Shown in pieces: positions 30,558 to 42,082 of a DNA stretch of 64,000 bases. The notes under the pieces were generated by a model that saw only the letters and a program-made list of their open reading frames with translations, did no database searches and had not been told where the DNA came from. The DNA lies in assembly GCA_000004985.1 (NCBI GenBank), contig GG738865.1. The stretch is one strand, 5' to 3'. The translations under genes were made by a program, and so were the position numbers. Numbering within the stretch: position 1 is the stretch's first letter; each line of letters opens with the position of its first letter. This DNA comes from Naegleria gruberi (lineage: Eukaryota).

Positions 30558-31936
30558 TTAATATTCCTCTCCTGTTGCCTTATAAATCTTGCAAGTATTA
30601 TCTTTTGAACCTGTAATAATTGTGTCACCTTCATAATTGAAGGCGCAACTGAAAACTTCATCTTTGTGTCCTCTAAGAACTTGCAAACAATTTCCAGTCT
30701 TGGCATCCCACAATCTACAAGTCTTATCATTAGAAGCAGTAATAATCATATTACCTTGAGGATTGAATGAAACCTTGGAGATTTCAGCATGATGTCCATA
30801 ACAGACAGCAAGACACTCTCCTGTCATTGTATCATAAATTCTGGCAGAACAATCTTGGGAGGCTGTTGCTACTCTTGTTCCAGTTCCATTGAAAGACACA
30901 TCTATTACTTCATCATTATGTCCAGTTAATGTTCTTACACATGTTCCTGTATGCATACTCCATAATTTACAAGTCTTATCGATAGAACTTGAAACAACCA
31001 TATCACCTGAAAAGTTGAATTGAGTTGCTGAAACTTCGCATTCGTGGCCATGGAAATTATAAACACATTCTGCTGATCTAACATCCCAAACACGTACTGT
31101 ATTGTCGAATGATCCAGTGACAATAAAGTTACCAGCATTATTGAAACTCATACTGATAATTTCCTTATTGTGTCCTAATAAAGAATATACTTCCTTTCCA
31201 GTTTCCACATCCCAAACCTTTGCTGTTGTATCAATTGAGGCAGTTGCAATCAAGCTGCTATCTGGATTGAAAGAGACGCAAACAATTTCCAATTCATGCC
31301 CTCTAAGAGTATATTGACATTCACCAGTTTCTGCATCCCACAATTTACATGTTTTATCAAAAGATCCTGTAACAATCTTATCACCGAATGGATTATTGAA
31401 TGCAATAGCATATACTACGTTTTTGTGCCCTTCTAAACTCTTTAATTCCAATCCTGTTTCTGTATCCCATATTTTACAAGTTCTGTCATAGCTTCCAGTG
31501 ATAAATCTATCTCCTGATTTGTTGAAAGCACAATTGGTAAGAGGTAACAAGTGAGCCTGGAGTGATTTCTCTTCTTTGAATTTCTTGCATTTAAGGGATG
31601 ACAACTTGTTTACCAACTCTTTAATATGAATTAGTTTTCAAAGCCTTTAATTTTAAGTACTTACTTTCAACGAGTTGTTTAATTTGTTCAGTCTTTCCGC
31701 TCGGAATTAAAGGTTCGCTGGCAACAATATCTTCGGCCACTGTATTTACATCAGAACTGTAAAATACAAAAACAAATAATACAACACAAATTAAAACAAG
31801 ATGAAATCATTAATACATACAACTCAGTTAAATCTAATAAATCAATAGTCTTTGTACCCTCTCTGCCATTAGATCGTTCATATTCAAGTATAATGCCAGG
31901 TGGATAATATCTGAGCATAAATTTCTTCAGCTTCAT
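30558..31936 (-). CDS. Dynein assembly factor with WD repeats 1 (DAW1/ODA16/WDR69), three exons
   Basis: The exons are 31821..31936, 31665..31756 and 30558..31618. The introns are 31757..31820 (64 bp, GTATGT..TTTTACAG) and 31619..31664 (46 bp, GTAAGT..ATTAAAG). Exon 1, [38 protein letters not shown], matches the DAW1 N-terminus [21 protein letters not shown]. The remainder, ..[49 protein letters not shown], is collinear with human DAW1 WD repeats. Confidence 0.85.
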
Positions 31937-32009
31937 TTTTGCGATTTTTTATTTGGTGTGTTTGTAGTGACTTTGAGCGCCAAATTGTGCAAAGTAGTAA
32001 AACAAAAAA

Positions 32010-35000
32010 ATGAAGTTGTTTGATGGTGGACAAAATAAACAACTACATCAGCGACGTGGTTTTGATGGGTTGAAATGTGTAATCATTTTGATGATGACAA
32101 TTTTCTCTTTAATTTATGTAATTTCTGCTAATAATAGCAGCACTGATCAAGTTAGGAGCAAGCTTGATATTGAATTAAAAGCAACATGGAAGGAAACATC
32201 ATTGTTGATGGAAGCTTTGTAAGTTTTAAATTTTCGGAATTTGTTTATCGGAATTTATTATTTAGTGAATATTTTTCTGATAAATTGCCAGATCGCAAGA
32301 CATCTTTTTTAAAGTCAATCCCTTGTGAAAAAGTTGATCAGATCAAGAATGATAGAAATGCTATTTTGACTCTTGCTCAACAAAGCAAAGCTACTGTTGC
32401 TGAAGTTTCACTTCTCGATTTTGCACTCGATACTAGACATTATTCTCCAAGAGTTAAAGTTCAATACACCAAGAATACGAACATTGTTAAATCGAATTTA
32501 AATACCATTGTTCCTAAGAATGTTGAGGATATTGAAGTTTTGGATCATACTTTTAACATTAATTCCGAAACACAAATTAATTTTATTTATTCAGACATCA
32601 CAACACAAGAGGGATGTAAATTTGTAAAGGAAAATATTGATTCAATTAAACCAATCGTTTTACGATTGGTAAGACTTGATTCAACAGGTTCAATTGACAA
32701 GGAAGAAATGATAAAGGAAAAATACATGGAAGAAGCCTCAAGTGATTTACTCTCTATTCGTGGTTATGGTGTGGAATTACAAATCAAAAATATGGAATAC
32801 AAACAAACTGCCGACGATGATGTTGTTAGTGGAAATGACACCTTCTATAAGGGTGTTAACTTTAACAAGTTGAAGAAGAATTATCCTCACTTGTCAAATG
32901 ACTTGGATACCCTCAAGCTTCACATTCAACAAAGTGATTCCAAATCGGAGAAGCTTAAGGTTTGGGAAATGAAATATTTTGGTGTACAAGCAATGAAAAA
33001 GATTAGCGACCAACCTTCATTTGATGAAAAAATCAAAATGTTACAAGATATTTCACAAAACTTCCCAAGTTACATGAAAGAATTGAAGAATACAGCATTT
33101 GAAAACAGTTTTAAAGACCAAATCCAATCACATTTGTCCAGATATGATGGAGAATTCAAGTCTAGAAATCCAAACAATCCACAAGAAGTTATTAGAAGAA
33201 ATGCTTTGTTTTTGAATGGTTTAGAGTTGGATCTTACAAAGTTGTCTGTCTTCTCTTTGTTTGAAACTATGGATAAGGAATTGAAGCTTGTCAAGTCCCT
33301 TTCATCAGATTATCATCTTAGTTCCAATTCTGTTGAATCAGTCTTGTTTACTCCTTCTACTGCTAGCAAGGACTTGAGATTCAAGTTCTCCTCTGAATTA
33401 GAAAAGCAAGTTATTTGGTTCAATAATATTGAAAGTGATAGTTACAATAACTTCCCAAGAGATCTCAAGTCAATGCTCCATCCAACCATGTATGGACAAA
33501 TGAGATTTGTAAGAAGAAATTTGTTCAATGTTGTTTTCATTTTGGATCCTGCAAGTACACAAAAACAAGTAGCCCAATTACTTTACATCCTTGGTAACAT
33601 TATGAACAGAGGTTATCCAATTAGAATTGGTGCCTTGTTTATTCCAAAAGTTTCTTCCGGTTTTGTTGACGTTGACCTTACTGGATCATCCTCTGCCTCC
33701 CCTGAAACTGTTGATGAATTGTCTTTGCACGCTGTTTCTTTATTGGAACGTATGGCTAAGGAAAACAGAGCTGTTTTCCCAATTCTTAGGGAATTTATGG
33801 ATAGAGAATCCTTTGATAGTCAATTTGTTGATGATCTTCAAAAAAGATTCTTTGGCTCTGTAAGATTAATGTCGCAACAAGAACTTATTAGTAGATACAG
33901 AAGTTTTACAAATATGGGATTTGATGTTAAGTCATCTCCAATTGTAATGGTAAACGGTGCTGTAATTCAAGGCGAGGAGCAAGACTCTGGTGACCAACTT
34001 GTAATGAAGGGAGTTAGAGAACAATACGATGCTGTTAAGAATTTAATTGAAAATAATGTAGTTGTAGATAATGACAAGAACCTATTGGAAAAGATAATTA
34101 ACCACTATGGTGGGTTTGATAAGTTCAACTCTGAAATCTTCAGTAAGAAACAATATGGTATTGTATCCTTGGGTGATATTGATCAAATTAATTTTGTTCA
34201 ACATCCTGAAAGTGGAGGAGTTGTTAAAAAGACACACATTGTCTGTGTAGGTGATAACCAAGACGCATCATTATTAGTTAAGGAAGCTATTTCATTCATC
34301 TCCAAAAATCAGAAGACAAGAATTGGTTTCTTGAATGTTGCTGATTCTAGTTTTTCATCTCTTGCTAAATACCATGTTCTCTACAAACCTAATGGATCTA
34401 ATCAATTATCTGGTAAGAATTTCTGTTCCAAACACTTTAATGCCAAAGAATCTGGTATTATTTCTATGAATGGTAGAATCATCCCGCTTACTAATTTATT
34501 TACAAGCAAAGATATTACTATTCTTGATGCCTTCGAGGATGTTAACTCTGCCATTATTTCTACAATTGAATCAAATTCCTACTCAACTGTTGACCCTGAT
34601 ATTGTAACAAGTGATTACTTGAGCGATGTTCTCTTTGGTGTTTCATCTGTATTGAAGGTCTTCAATCAGTATAAGAGACAAGATTTGAACCATGTTCAAT
34701 CAAGCAGTGTTGCTACTCTTGAAACTGAGTCAAATCCATCTGCAGAAATCAAGTTGATTGCCATCCTCAATCCACTCTCCAAATTTGCTCAAAAAATTTC
34801 TCCACTTATTAGATTTGTTAAGGAAAAGCTTGGAAAATCTGTAAACGTGGTTGTTCATCTTAATCCAGATCTTGAAACTTCAAATTTACCTCTTCAAAGT
34901 TATTACACATATGTTTTATCTGGGTCAAGTGTTGCAGAATTCAATACTAGATTCTCAGATGTTAAAGGACGTATTTTCACCATGTGGATGGATGTTCCAG

Positions 35001-36400
35001 AATCTTGGTTGGTTGATAGTACTTACGCTAAAGAAGATTTGGATAACTTGAAGCTCGATGAATGTGCCTCTCAAAAGTGTTATGCTCGCTTCCAATTGGA
35101 ATACTTTGTTGCTTCAGGTACATGTATTGATGATAATGGAAGACCAGTTAGAGGATTACAATTACAACTGGTCCACAACTATGGTGTCAATGCTACAAAT
35201 GTTGACGATACTACATTGGTTATGGCAAACTATGGTTATTTCCAACTTAGAGCTTCTTCACCAAATATTTATTCTGTTAACCTTCCAAAGGGTAGACACT
35301 CTGATATTTATTCTGTTCAATCCACTAAGCAAGTAGATTTCTACTCTCAAAGTGAATTGCAACATTCTGATGGATATGGAAGTGCTGATACAAAGAAATT
35401 CCTTATTTCAGTTCATTCATTTGATGCACCATTTGCAAGAGTTGTTGTTAAGAGAAATAGTGGAATGGAAAAGGAAGATCTTTTAGCACCTACTCCATCT
35501 TCTGGTGGCTGGAGTTCATGGCTCTCTTCTAACAGCAACCAAGAAAAGAAGACCATTCACATTTTCTCTTTGGCATCAGGTTTGATGTATGAAAGATTGT
35601 TAAAGATTATGATCTTGTCAGTAAGAAAGCATTTGAAGAGAAGTGATGTCAAAGTCAAATTCTGGTTCTTGAAGCAATTCTTATCTCCTTCTTTGAAGCA
35701 ATTCTTACCAGAATATGCCAAAGCTTACAACTTTGAATACGGTTTAATCAGCTACCAATGGCCTCACTGGCTTCATAAGCAACAAACCAAGCAAAGATTA
35801 ATTTGGGCCTATAAGGTTCTCTTCCTTGACGTATTATTCCCACTTCAAGAAGTTAACAAGATTATCTTTGTGGATGCTGATCAAGTTTGTAGAACTGACA
35901 TGTCAGAATTATTCTTTGATTTGGATATGCAAGGTAAAGCTTTGGCCTACACTCCTTTCTGTGAATCTAGAAAGGAGATGGATGGTTACAGATTCTGGAA
36001 GACTGGTTATTGGGCCAACCATCTCGGTGGAAGACCATACCACATTTCTGCTCTCTATGTAGTTGATATTGATATGTTTAGAAGAAATTATCATGGTGAT
36101 CAATTTAGAATGGTTTATGATAATCTTGCCAGAGATCCAAATAGTTTATCCAATCTCGATCAAGATCTTCCAAACTATGCTCAACACAATGTTCCAATTC
36201 GTTCACTTCCTCAAGAATGGTTGTGGTGTGAAAGTTGGTGTTCAGATGAAAGCAAGGCTAAAGCCAAGACAATTGATCTTTGTAACAATCCACAAACTAA
36301 GGAACACAAATTGGCAAGTGCCAAGAGAATTATTCCTGAATGGACTGATTATGATAATGAAATTAAGGATTTCCAAAAGAAATTAGTTGTTGGAAAATAA
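32010..36400 (+). CDS. UDP-glucose:glycoprotein glucosyltransferase (UGGT), two exons
   Basis: Exon 1 (32010..32218) encodes a signal peptide and ..ELKATWKETSLLMEA, cf. human ..LTTKWFSTPLLLEASEF. A 47-bp intron at 32219..32265 is GTAAGT..TATTTAG. Exon 2 (32266..36400) ends in the GT24 catalytic domain (..DADQVCRTDMSELFFDLDMQGKALAYTPFC..WLWCESWC..). Confidence 0.85.
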
Positions 36401-36823
36401 AGAATTTAATTACAATTTTAAACAAATCCATTCTTAATTCACAGCACCTGTAATGGATGACTTTTTAACAAGAGATTACTGAATTGGCTTGTACTTGTTA
36501 AATGACCATATTCCCAAAAACCTCCATTGGCGGCAACTTCCCTCCTTGTGTTTTTCATTTAAACAATTAATTGCAATTTGCAATAATTCAAAATAATCTC
36601 AATTTTTTGGATTTATTTATTGGCCATTTTCTTGAGTATCAATTGTAGAAAGATATTCTTCTTTAATTGGAGTATTTTCCATCAATTTGCAAGGATCTTT
36701 AATAACAAACTCTGGTGATACATATTTGGACAAAGTAGCAATACTGGTAAATATATGACTGATGTATTTGGATTTTTGTTTTGATTCAATGGTTTTGAAT
36801 TTGAGTTTAGCATTTGAATTTTC

Positions 36824-37357
36824 TTATTCCTTGCTTGTCTTGGCCAATTCTAAAGCAAGATAACTTTGTAATTGAATGGCATCATCTAATTTCTTCTGAA
36901 GTTCAATATTTTGACTCGAAAGACGATTCACCAAATTATCTTCTTTTTTATCGTTATTACCATTAATTGAAGTGACATTTGTTTCACCAACATCCTCCTC
37001 TTTGTTCATCTCTTCAGGGTCCAAACCTAACTCACTCAATAGAAAATCATCATTTTTCCCTAAACACTTATCCAATGGTTGATTCATATGTTGTTTTTTA
37101 GGTTGCATTGGTTTTGGGTCACTGTTGATAGAACTTTCGGAATTATCTTCTTCATGTCTTTTTCTTTTATTTGATGTGGTTGAGGTGTTAAAAGTAGTAT
37201 TGTCAGCCACTTGTAAGGATGGAGACTGGTTATTGCCATTACTTACAAATTTAAAAACACCTCCAGAAATCCTTTCAAGATCGGTTGCAAATTTTGCAAA
37301 GGCGTGTTTTACCATTTTTTTCAAATTGTTTTGTTGTAATGGATTCAATCGATTCAC
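36824..37357 (-). CDS. Hypothetical basic/acidic, probably nuclear protein (start uncertain)
   Basis: The track start is a GTG directly preceded by a TAA. The first ATG in frame would begin at MVKHAFAKF (about 37318). The sequence has a KRKRHEED basic patch and a C-terminal helical segment, with no domain recognised. Confidence 0.3.
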   Translation of the reverse strand: MNRLNPLQQNNLKKMVKHAFAKFATDLERISGGVFKFVSNGNNQSPSLQVADNTTFNTSTTSNKRKRHEEDNSESSINSDPKPMQPKKQHMNQPLDKCLGKNDDFLLSELGLDPEEMNKEEDVGETNVTSINGNNDKKEDNLVNRLSSQNIELQKKLDDAIQLQSYLALELAKTSKE

Positions 37358-37601
37358 TTGTTAGCTTACAATATCTAAAAAAAGATTGTTAAAATAACTT
37401 GAACCCAATCATCCTATCATGTTAACATAACCACAAATAGAGAAAGTTTGAAAATAAAAATGTCAAAGAAGCGAAAACCACCAATACATCAACTTCAAAG
37501 AAGAAGATACGAATCGTGGCAAAAGGAAAATACCAACAGTTTTGGGTCCACTAATAAAACTGTTGAAAAACAATTAAATTTATTTAAAATTTAAAAAAAA
37601 A

Positions 37602-38027
37602 ATGTTCAAACAAGGCTATCAAAAACACAACACACTGTTATTTTCTCTTCGTACCATGAAACAAGTTACTACTTTAAATAATTTATCGATAATGTCATCA
37701 TTAGGAAGAAATTATGTCACTCTATTCGGAGCACCAAAAACTGAAAAGAAAATGCCAGTGTGGTTTCCGATTTATAGAATGATTTTTAAATTGCACAGGG
37801 AAACATTTCCTCCTTCACAATTGGCAGAAACAAATAGAATGATGAGAGAAATATTTAGAGATTATATTCACAGATATAGAAAGGAATGTTCATCTTTTGA
37901 AGAACAAGAAATATTATTGGAAGAGGCAAAAGAAAGGGCTGTATCTTATATTGAAAATTTGAGAAAAATGTCATTTGGTGGATCTGAAAAATTGGAATTA
38001 CATTCAATTGATTTTTGGGATAGGTAA
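37602..38027 (+). CDS. LYR-motif protein, ACN9/SDHAF3-like, with a mitochondrial-type presequence
   Basis: The ATG is at 37602. The LYR core ..VWFPIYRMIFKLHRETFPPSQLAETNRMMREIFRDYIHRY matches Complex1_LYR/ACN9 family proteins. It may be spliced to the downstream methyltransferase; see the findings. Confidence 0.5.
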   Translation: MFKQGYQKHNTLLFSLRTMKQVTTLNNLSIMSSLGRNYVTLFGAPKTEKKMPVWFPIYRMIFKLHRETFPPSQLAETNRMMREIFRDYIHRYRKECSSFEEQEILLEEAKERAVSYIENLRKMSFGGSEKLELHSIDFWDR

Positions 38028-38062
38028 GCATTGTTGTGGATTTAATAACTCATCCAAAAAGA

Positions 38063-38743
38063 ATGTATTCAAAAATCAAATTGGATTATGAGGAAAAAAA
38101 GAAATTGAATAATGAATTAACACTTTCTCAATATTTTGAAAATGAGAAATATTTGGAAAGGGATTGGTACGGTGAATTTTCAGTGGTAAAGAAGCATTTG
38201 AAACCAATAATGAAGAATTTGAAAAAGGATTCTACAATTTTGATTTTGGGAGCTGGACTTTCAACACTTCCTGTTGATATTTACAAAATGGGTTACAAAA
38301 ATATTGTATGCACAGACATTTCTCAAAGTTTGTGTGAAATGATGAAAGAATATTCCATTGAAGTTTTAGGAGAGAATTCAATTCAATATATTTTACAAGA
38401 TATGAGAAATATGGAAAGTACATTTGCTGAAAACTCATTTGATATTGTGATTGATAAGGCAACATTAGACTCTTTATACATGGAAGAAGATGCAGAATCC
38501 TACGAAGAAGGAATTGTTGATAAAGGAATTGAAAATGTGAGAACAGTTCAACACCAAGTCATAAGAATTTTAAAACCAAAACGTAAATGGGTTGTATTTA
38601 GCCAATACGATTACTCATTAGAACCAGAAACTGAGGAAGAATCCAAAGATGACTTGATTTCATTCGACACCCACAATTGTTCAAAAATCAGCATTACACA
38701 TGATGATGAAGAAAGTTTGTTCGTCTATGTACTAACAAAATAA
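38063..38743 (+). CDS. Class I SAM-dependent methyltransferase (EFM7/EEF1AKMT4/ECE2-MTase-like)
   Basis: ..YFENEKYLERDWYGEF..DSTILILGAGLSTLPVDIYKMGYKNIVCTDISQSLCEMMK..FDIVIDKATLDSL.. gives Rossmann motifs I-III. The first ATG is at 38063, and the track start at 38036 is a GTG. Confidence 0.6.
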   Translation: MYSKIKLDYEEKKKLNNELTLSQYFENEKYLERDWYGEFSVVKKHLKPIMKNLKKDSTILILGAGLSTLPVDIYKMGYKNIVCTDISQSLCEMMKEYSIEVLGENSIQYILQDMRNMESTFAENSFDIVIDKATLDSLYMEEDAESYEEGIVDKGIENVRTVQHQVIRILKPKRKWVVFSQYDYSLEPETEEESKDDLISFDTHNCSKISITHDDEESLFVYVLTK

Positions 38744-38754
38744 TACACCCAATC

Positions 38755-39039
38755 TTAGTATTTGACACCATTCTTCTTTTTCCATTCAAGCCATTCTTCA
38801 ACTAATTTCGGATCCGAAAATTCATCAGCCATTGGTTGCATTCCATTGGCAATTCTTCTCTGATTTAATCTATCTCTATCTTTGAAAATTCCTTCATGTC
38901 TTCTCCACTTGGTATCGGAATCATCTTTTAATACTTTAATTGATCCAATAAAACCTGCAACTGTGATGGCAGAGAAAATAACAACAGATTTATTATTTTT
39001 AAAAAGGTGTAAAACTCCCTTTGAAAAACTGCTGGACAT
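38755..39039 (-). CDS. Small single-pass membrane protein (about 94 aa), hypothetical
   Basis: A predicted TM segment SVVIFSAITVAGFIGSIKVL is followed by a C-terminal ..WLEWKKKNGVKY. There is no homology assignment. Confidence 0.3.
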   Translation of the reverse strand: MSSSFSKGVLHLFKNNKSVVIFSAITVAGFIGSIKVLKDDSDTKWRRHEGIFKDRDRLNQRRIANGMQPMADEFSDPKLVEEWLEWKKKNGVKY

Positions 39040-39714
39040 TTTTTTTTTAATAATTTCAAAATAAATTAAAGATAATTTAATTATTATTAAATATTCAATC
39101 AAATTATTAATGTATTAACTGGTCAACCGCAAGAATGAACCATTTCGAGAATTTCAACAAATGTGATAACCCAGATGTGTAATGTTTCTTTTAAAGCGAT
39201 AAGGGTGAATATTCATATTTGAAGCTTCGGAAAATTTCGAAATTTAGCAAACTCAACATCAATTATGAAACCTGTGAAGTCTCTTCTTCCTCAACCTTCC
39301 AATAAATAGCTTACTCATCTGTGAAACTGTTCCTTTCTCAATGATTTGGTTGAATATTACCATCACAACAATATTGAGATCAACTGATAAATGATCCACT
39401 TCAGCTCCCTCTATGTATACGGATCAATAAGCTGATTTAATATTAAACAATTCAAAAACTCCTAATGTTGTGGCCTATGAATATTGTACGCTTATGCCTG
39501 CACCTTGCTTGTTCTTTCAGGAAATTTCAACAAAAAGCAACGCTCAATTTTAGCCCATTGCCTAGTGCACGCTCTCACTTCACGCCATCAACAACCGATT
39601 GGTTCGGACATGTACCGTCGCTTAAATCCCCTGGCTTGAATCTTTAATTTGCTATTAAAAAAAAACTACCACACCTGCTCTTTGTTGCGCTTCTCGTTAC
39701 TACACAGAGAGAAA

Positions 39715-41856
39715 ATGACTGTCAGTCGTGGTGAGGATACACAATTGCTGCTTCAACAGCAAGATCAGAATAATCTCTCTTGGGATGAAATCAAACGTTT
39801 ATTGCAAGATTCGGATGCTTTCCAATTGTCAAGTACCAAAGCTTGGTCTCAAGTTTTAATGACAATTGCCTTCCTTACTCTTGGTATTGTTGCTGCTGCC
39901 ATGTTTCCATGGTATTTACTTCCAATCAGTTGGTTCTTTGTTGGCTTGTGTGCCAGTGGTTTGATGGGTGTTGCTTATGCTTGTAGTGAAAATAGATTTT
40001 TCAATCAAAAGACAATGCCAAGTTGGGTCAATGATTTGGTTGGTATGATTTGCATGTTGCCATTGCTTTATCCATTTGAAGCTTTTAAGACCTTGGCAAA
40101 CAAGTCAGAAGAAGAAAAATCACAAAATGTCAATCAAGAAGATGAAGGTTTTGTTATGAAAGCTTTGGCTTTTGTTTTGAAGAGTCCATTGTGGTTTTTG
40201 AGTTCAATCTTTGATTGGTTCAGAGCTAACATTTATTTTGAAACTAAGAAGAGTATTGTTATCAATGCAGTTGTTCTCTATGTATTTGCTGCTGCATTCT
40301 TCTCTTTGATGGTTTACTTTGTTGGTTTGTGGGGATTGGTCAAGTTCTATGTTGCTCCACTTATTGCCTACCATTTGATCAACTCTACTTTTATGAAGGT
40401 CAATGATGCTGATGCTAAGAAGAATACCATTACTCATTTCCCATCTATTATTGAATTCTTGACTAACTATGCCAACCATTCTTATAGAATCAAGTTGAAG
40501 TGGAACAAGAAGGCCAATAATAACAATGAAACAATTACTCAAAACTTGAAGGAAAAGTTGATCAAGGTTGTTCCAAACTATAACTGGAATAAGGCTAAGA
40601 ATGCTCTCTGTGAAAAGTTTGGTAAGAATTTGGAAGGTATTGGTGGTACTACTTTCTTCTCTGATTTGGGAAAGACTTTTGAAAATGAAGTTGATTTGAG
40701 AAATATTGACTGGTTCATCACCATTTACTTGATTGGATCCGTTGTTGGTACTATTTATGGTGTTATGACTTGTGCTTTCAACTGGAAGACTTATGTTTTG
40801 AGCTTTGTTGGATATTACATTGCTGGTATTGGTATTACTGCTGGTTATCACAGAGTTTTTGCTCATCGTTCCTGTAAGGCAACATGGCCAGTTAGAGTTT
40901 TCTTAATGTTACTCGGTACAAGTGCTTTCCAAGGAAGTGTTGTTTCTTGGTCAGCTGATCACCGTAGACACCATCAATATGTTGATACTGAAAGAGATCC
41001 ATACAATATTAAGAACTCTTTCTTCTATGCTCACATGGGATGGTTGATGTGGAAGAGAGAAGTTGATACTACAAATGCTAAGGATTTACTTTCTGATCCT
41101 GTTATCAAATTCCATCATGAATATTATCCATATTTGGCTGTCTTTTTGGGATATTTGTGTCCAATGCTGATTGCTGGTTTATGTTGGGGCGATTATTATG
41201 GTGGCTTCTTCATCGCAGGTGTCTTGTCAAAGACTTTCCTCCAACATTGTACTTTCTTTATTAACAGTTTGGCTCACTCTTGGGGTGTTTCCACTTTCAA
41301 TGACGATCACACAGCTTGTGATTCATATATGGTCAGTTTGTTCACTTTTGGTGAAGGTTATCACAATTTCCATCACACATTCGCCTACGATTACAGAAAT
41401 GGTGTTCGTTGGTATCACTATGACCCAGGCAAATGGCTTCTCTATATGTTCTCTCTCTTTGGCATGACCTATGATTTGAAACGTTGTGATCCAATTCACT
41501 ACGAAAAGGGTAAACTTATCATGATGCAAAAGAGAATCGATGAAGAACAAAAGAAGATTGATGAAGAAAAGAAACTTTATGATTGGGGTACTCCTCTTGA
41601 AAAGTTGCCAACCAAATCATATGAAGAATTCCAAAAGGATTGCAAGACCAAATCTTTAATCATTATTGATAATGTTGTCCATGATGTCACTAACTTTATT
41701 GGTGAACATCCAGGTGGTGAAACTATCTTGAAAGCTTATCTTGGTAAGGATGCCACTAAGGCCTTCAAGGGTGATGTTTACTTGCACACTAACGTTGCCA
41801 AGAATATTTTGGCTCAAATCAGAATTTACAAACTTGCTCCCCAAAAGAGTGATTAA
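39715..41856 (+). CDS. Delta-9 acyl-CoA desaturase with C-terminal cytochrome b5 domain and a long N-terminal extension
   Basis: The three His boxes HRVFAHRS, HRRHHQ and HNFHHTF are present, and the C-terminal cytochrome b5 heme motif EHPGG follows. This is the fungal OLE1-type architecture. About 350 aa precede the first His box, including extra hydrophobic segments and an Asn-rich insert. The first ATG is at 39715, and the antisense ORF 40204..40866 is spurious. Confidence 0.85.
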   Translation: MTVSRGEDTQLLLQQQDQNNLSWDEIKRLLQDSDAFQLSSTKAWSQVLMTIAFLTLGIVAAAMFPWYLLPISWFFVGLCASGLMGVAYACSENRFFNQKTMPSWVNDLVGMICMLPLLYPFEAFKTLANKSEEEKSQNVNQEDEGFVMKALAFVLKSPLWFLSSIFDWFRANIYFETKKSIVINAVVLYVFAAAFFSLMVYFVGLWGLVKFYVAPLIAYHLINSTFMKVNDADAKKNTITHFPSIIEFLTNYANHSYRIKLKWNKKANNNNETITQNLKEKLIKVVPNYNWNKAKNALCEKFGKNLEGIGGTTFFSDLGKTFENEVDLRNIDWFITIYLIGSVVGTIYGVMTCAFNWKTYVLSFVGYYIAGIGITAGYHRVFAHRSCKATWPVRVFLMLLGTSAFQGSVVSWSADHRRHHQYVDTERDPYNIKNSFFYAHMGWLMWKREVDTTNAKDLLSDPVIKFHHEYYPYLAVFLGYLCPMLIAGLCWGDYYGGFFIAGVLSKTFLQHCTFFINSLAHSWGVSTFNDDHTACDSYMVSLFTFGEGYHNFHHTFAYDYRNGVRWYHYDPGKWLLYMFSLFGMTYDLKRCDPIHYEKGKLIMMQKRIDEEQKKIDEEKKLYDWGTPLEKLPTKSYEEFQKDCKTKSLIIIDNVVHDVTNFIGEHPGGETILKAYLGKDATKAFKGDVYLHTNVAKNILAQIRIYKLAPQKSD

Positions 41857-42082
41857 ACTTTCCGATATTAATTTTTGAAGCAGAATTAGACATTGCACCA
41901 TTACACAATAAATAATAACCAAGTTCTGTTCTCAAAATTAATCAAAAACTCTTTTAGATTGCAATTTGCATACAATTATTTGTACAAACCTATGAAACAA
42001 CAAGTTATTTTTCGAAGGCTTTAAGGCATTCCTTAATGTTTCTAACCGCCATCCGCAGAAAGCAAACAAAAAAAACACAAAA

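Noticed and set aside
40204-40866. 220-aa ORF on the minus strand inside the desaturase gene
   Set aside because: It is entirely antisense to a well-supported conserved CDS and has low-complexity Asn/Ser-rich translation typical of antisense AT-rich coding DNA. The same applies to other antisense track ORFs, for example 1799..2152, 5355..5657, 6591..6815, 10279..10802, 15440..15664, 17544..17741, 22033..22452, 33070..33294, 35058..36386, 48968..49261, 53787..54035, 54363..54584, 62047..62451 and 63310..63507.
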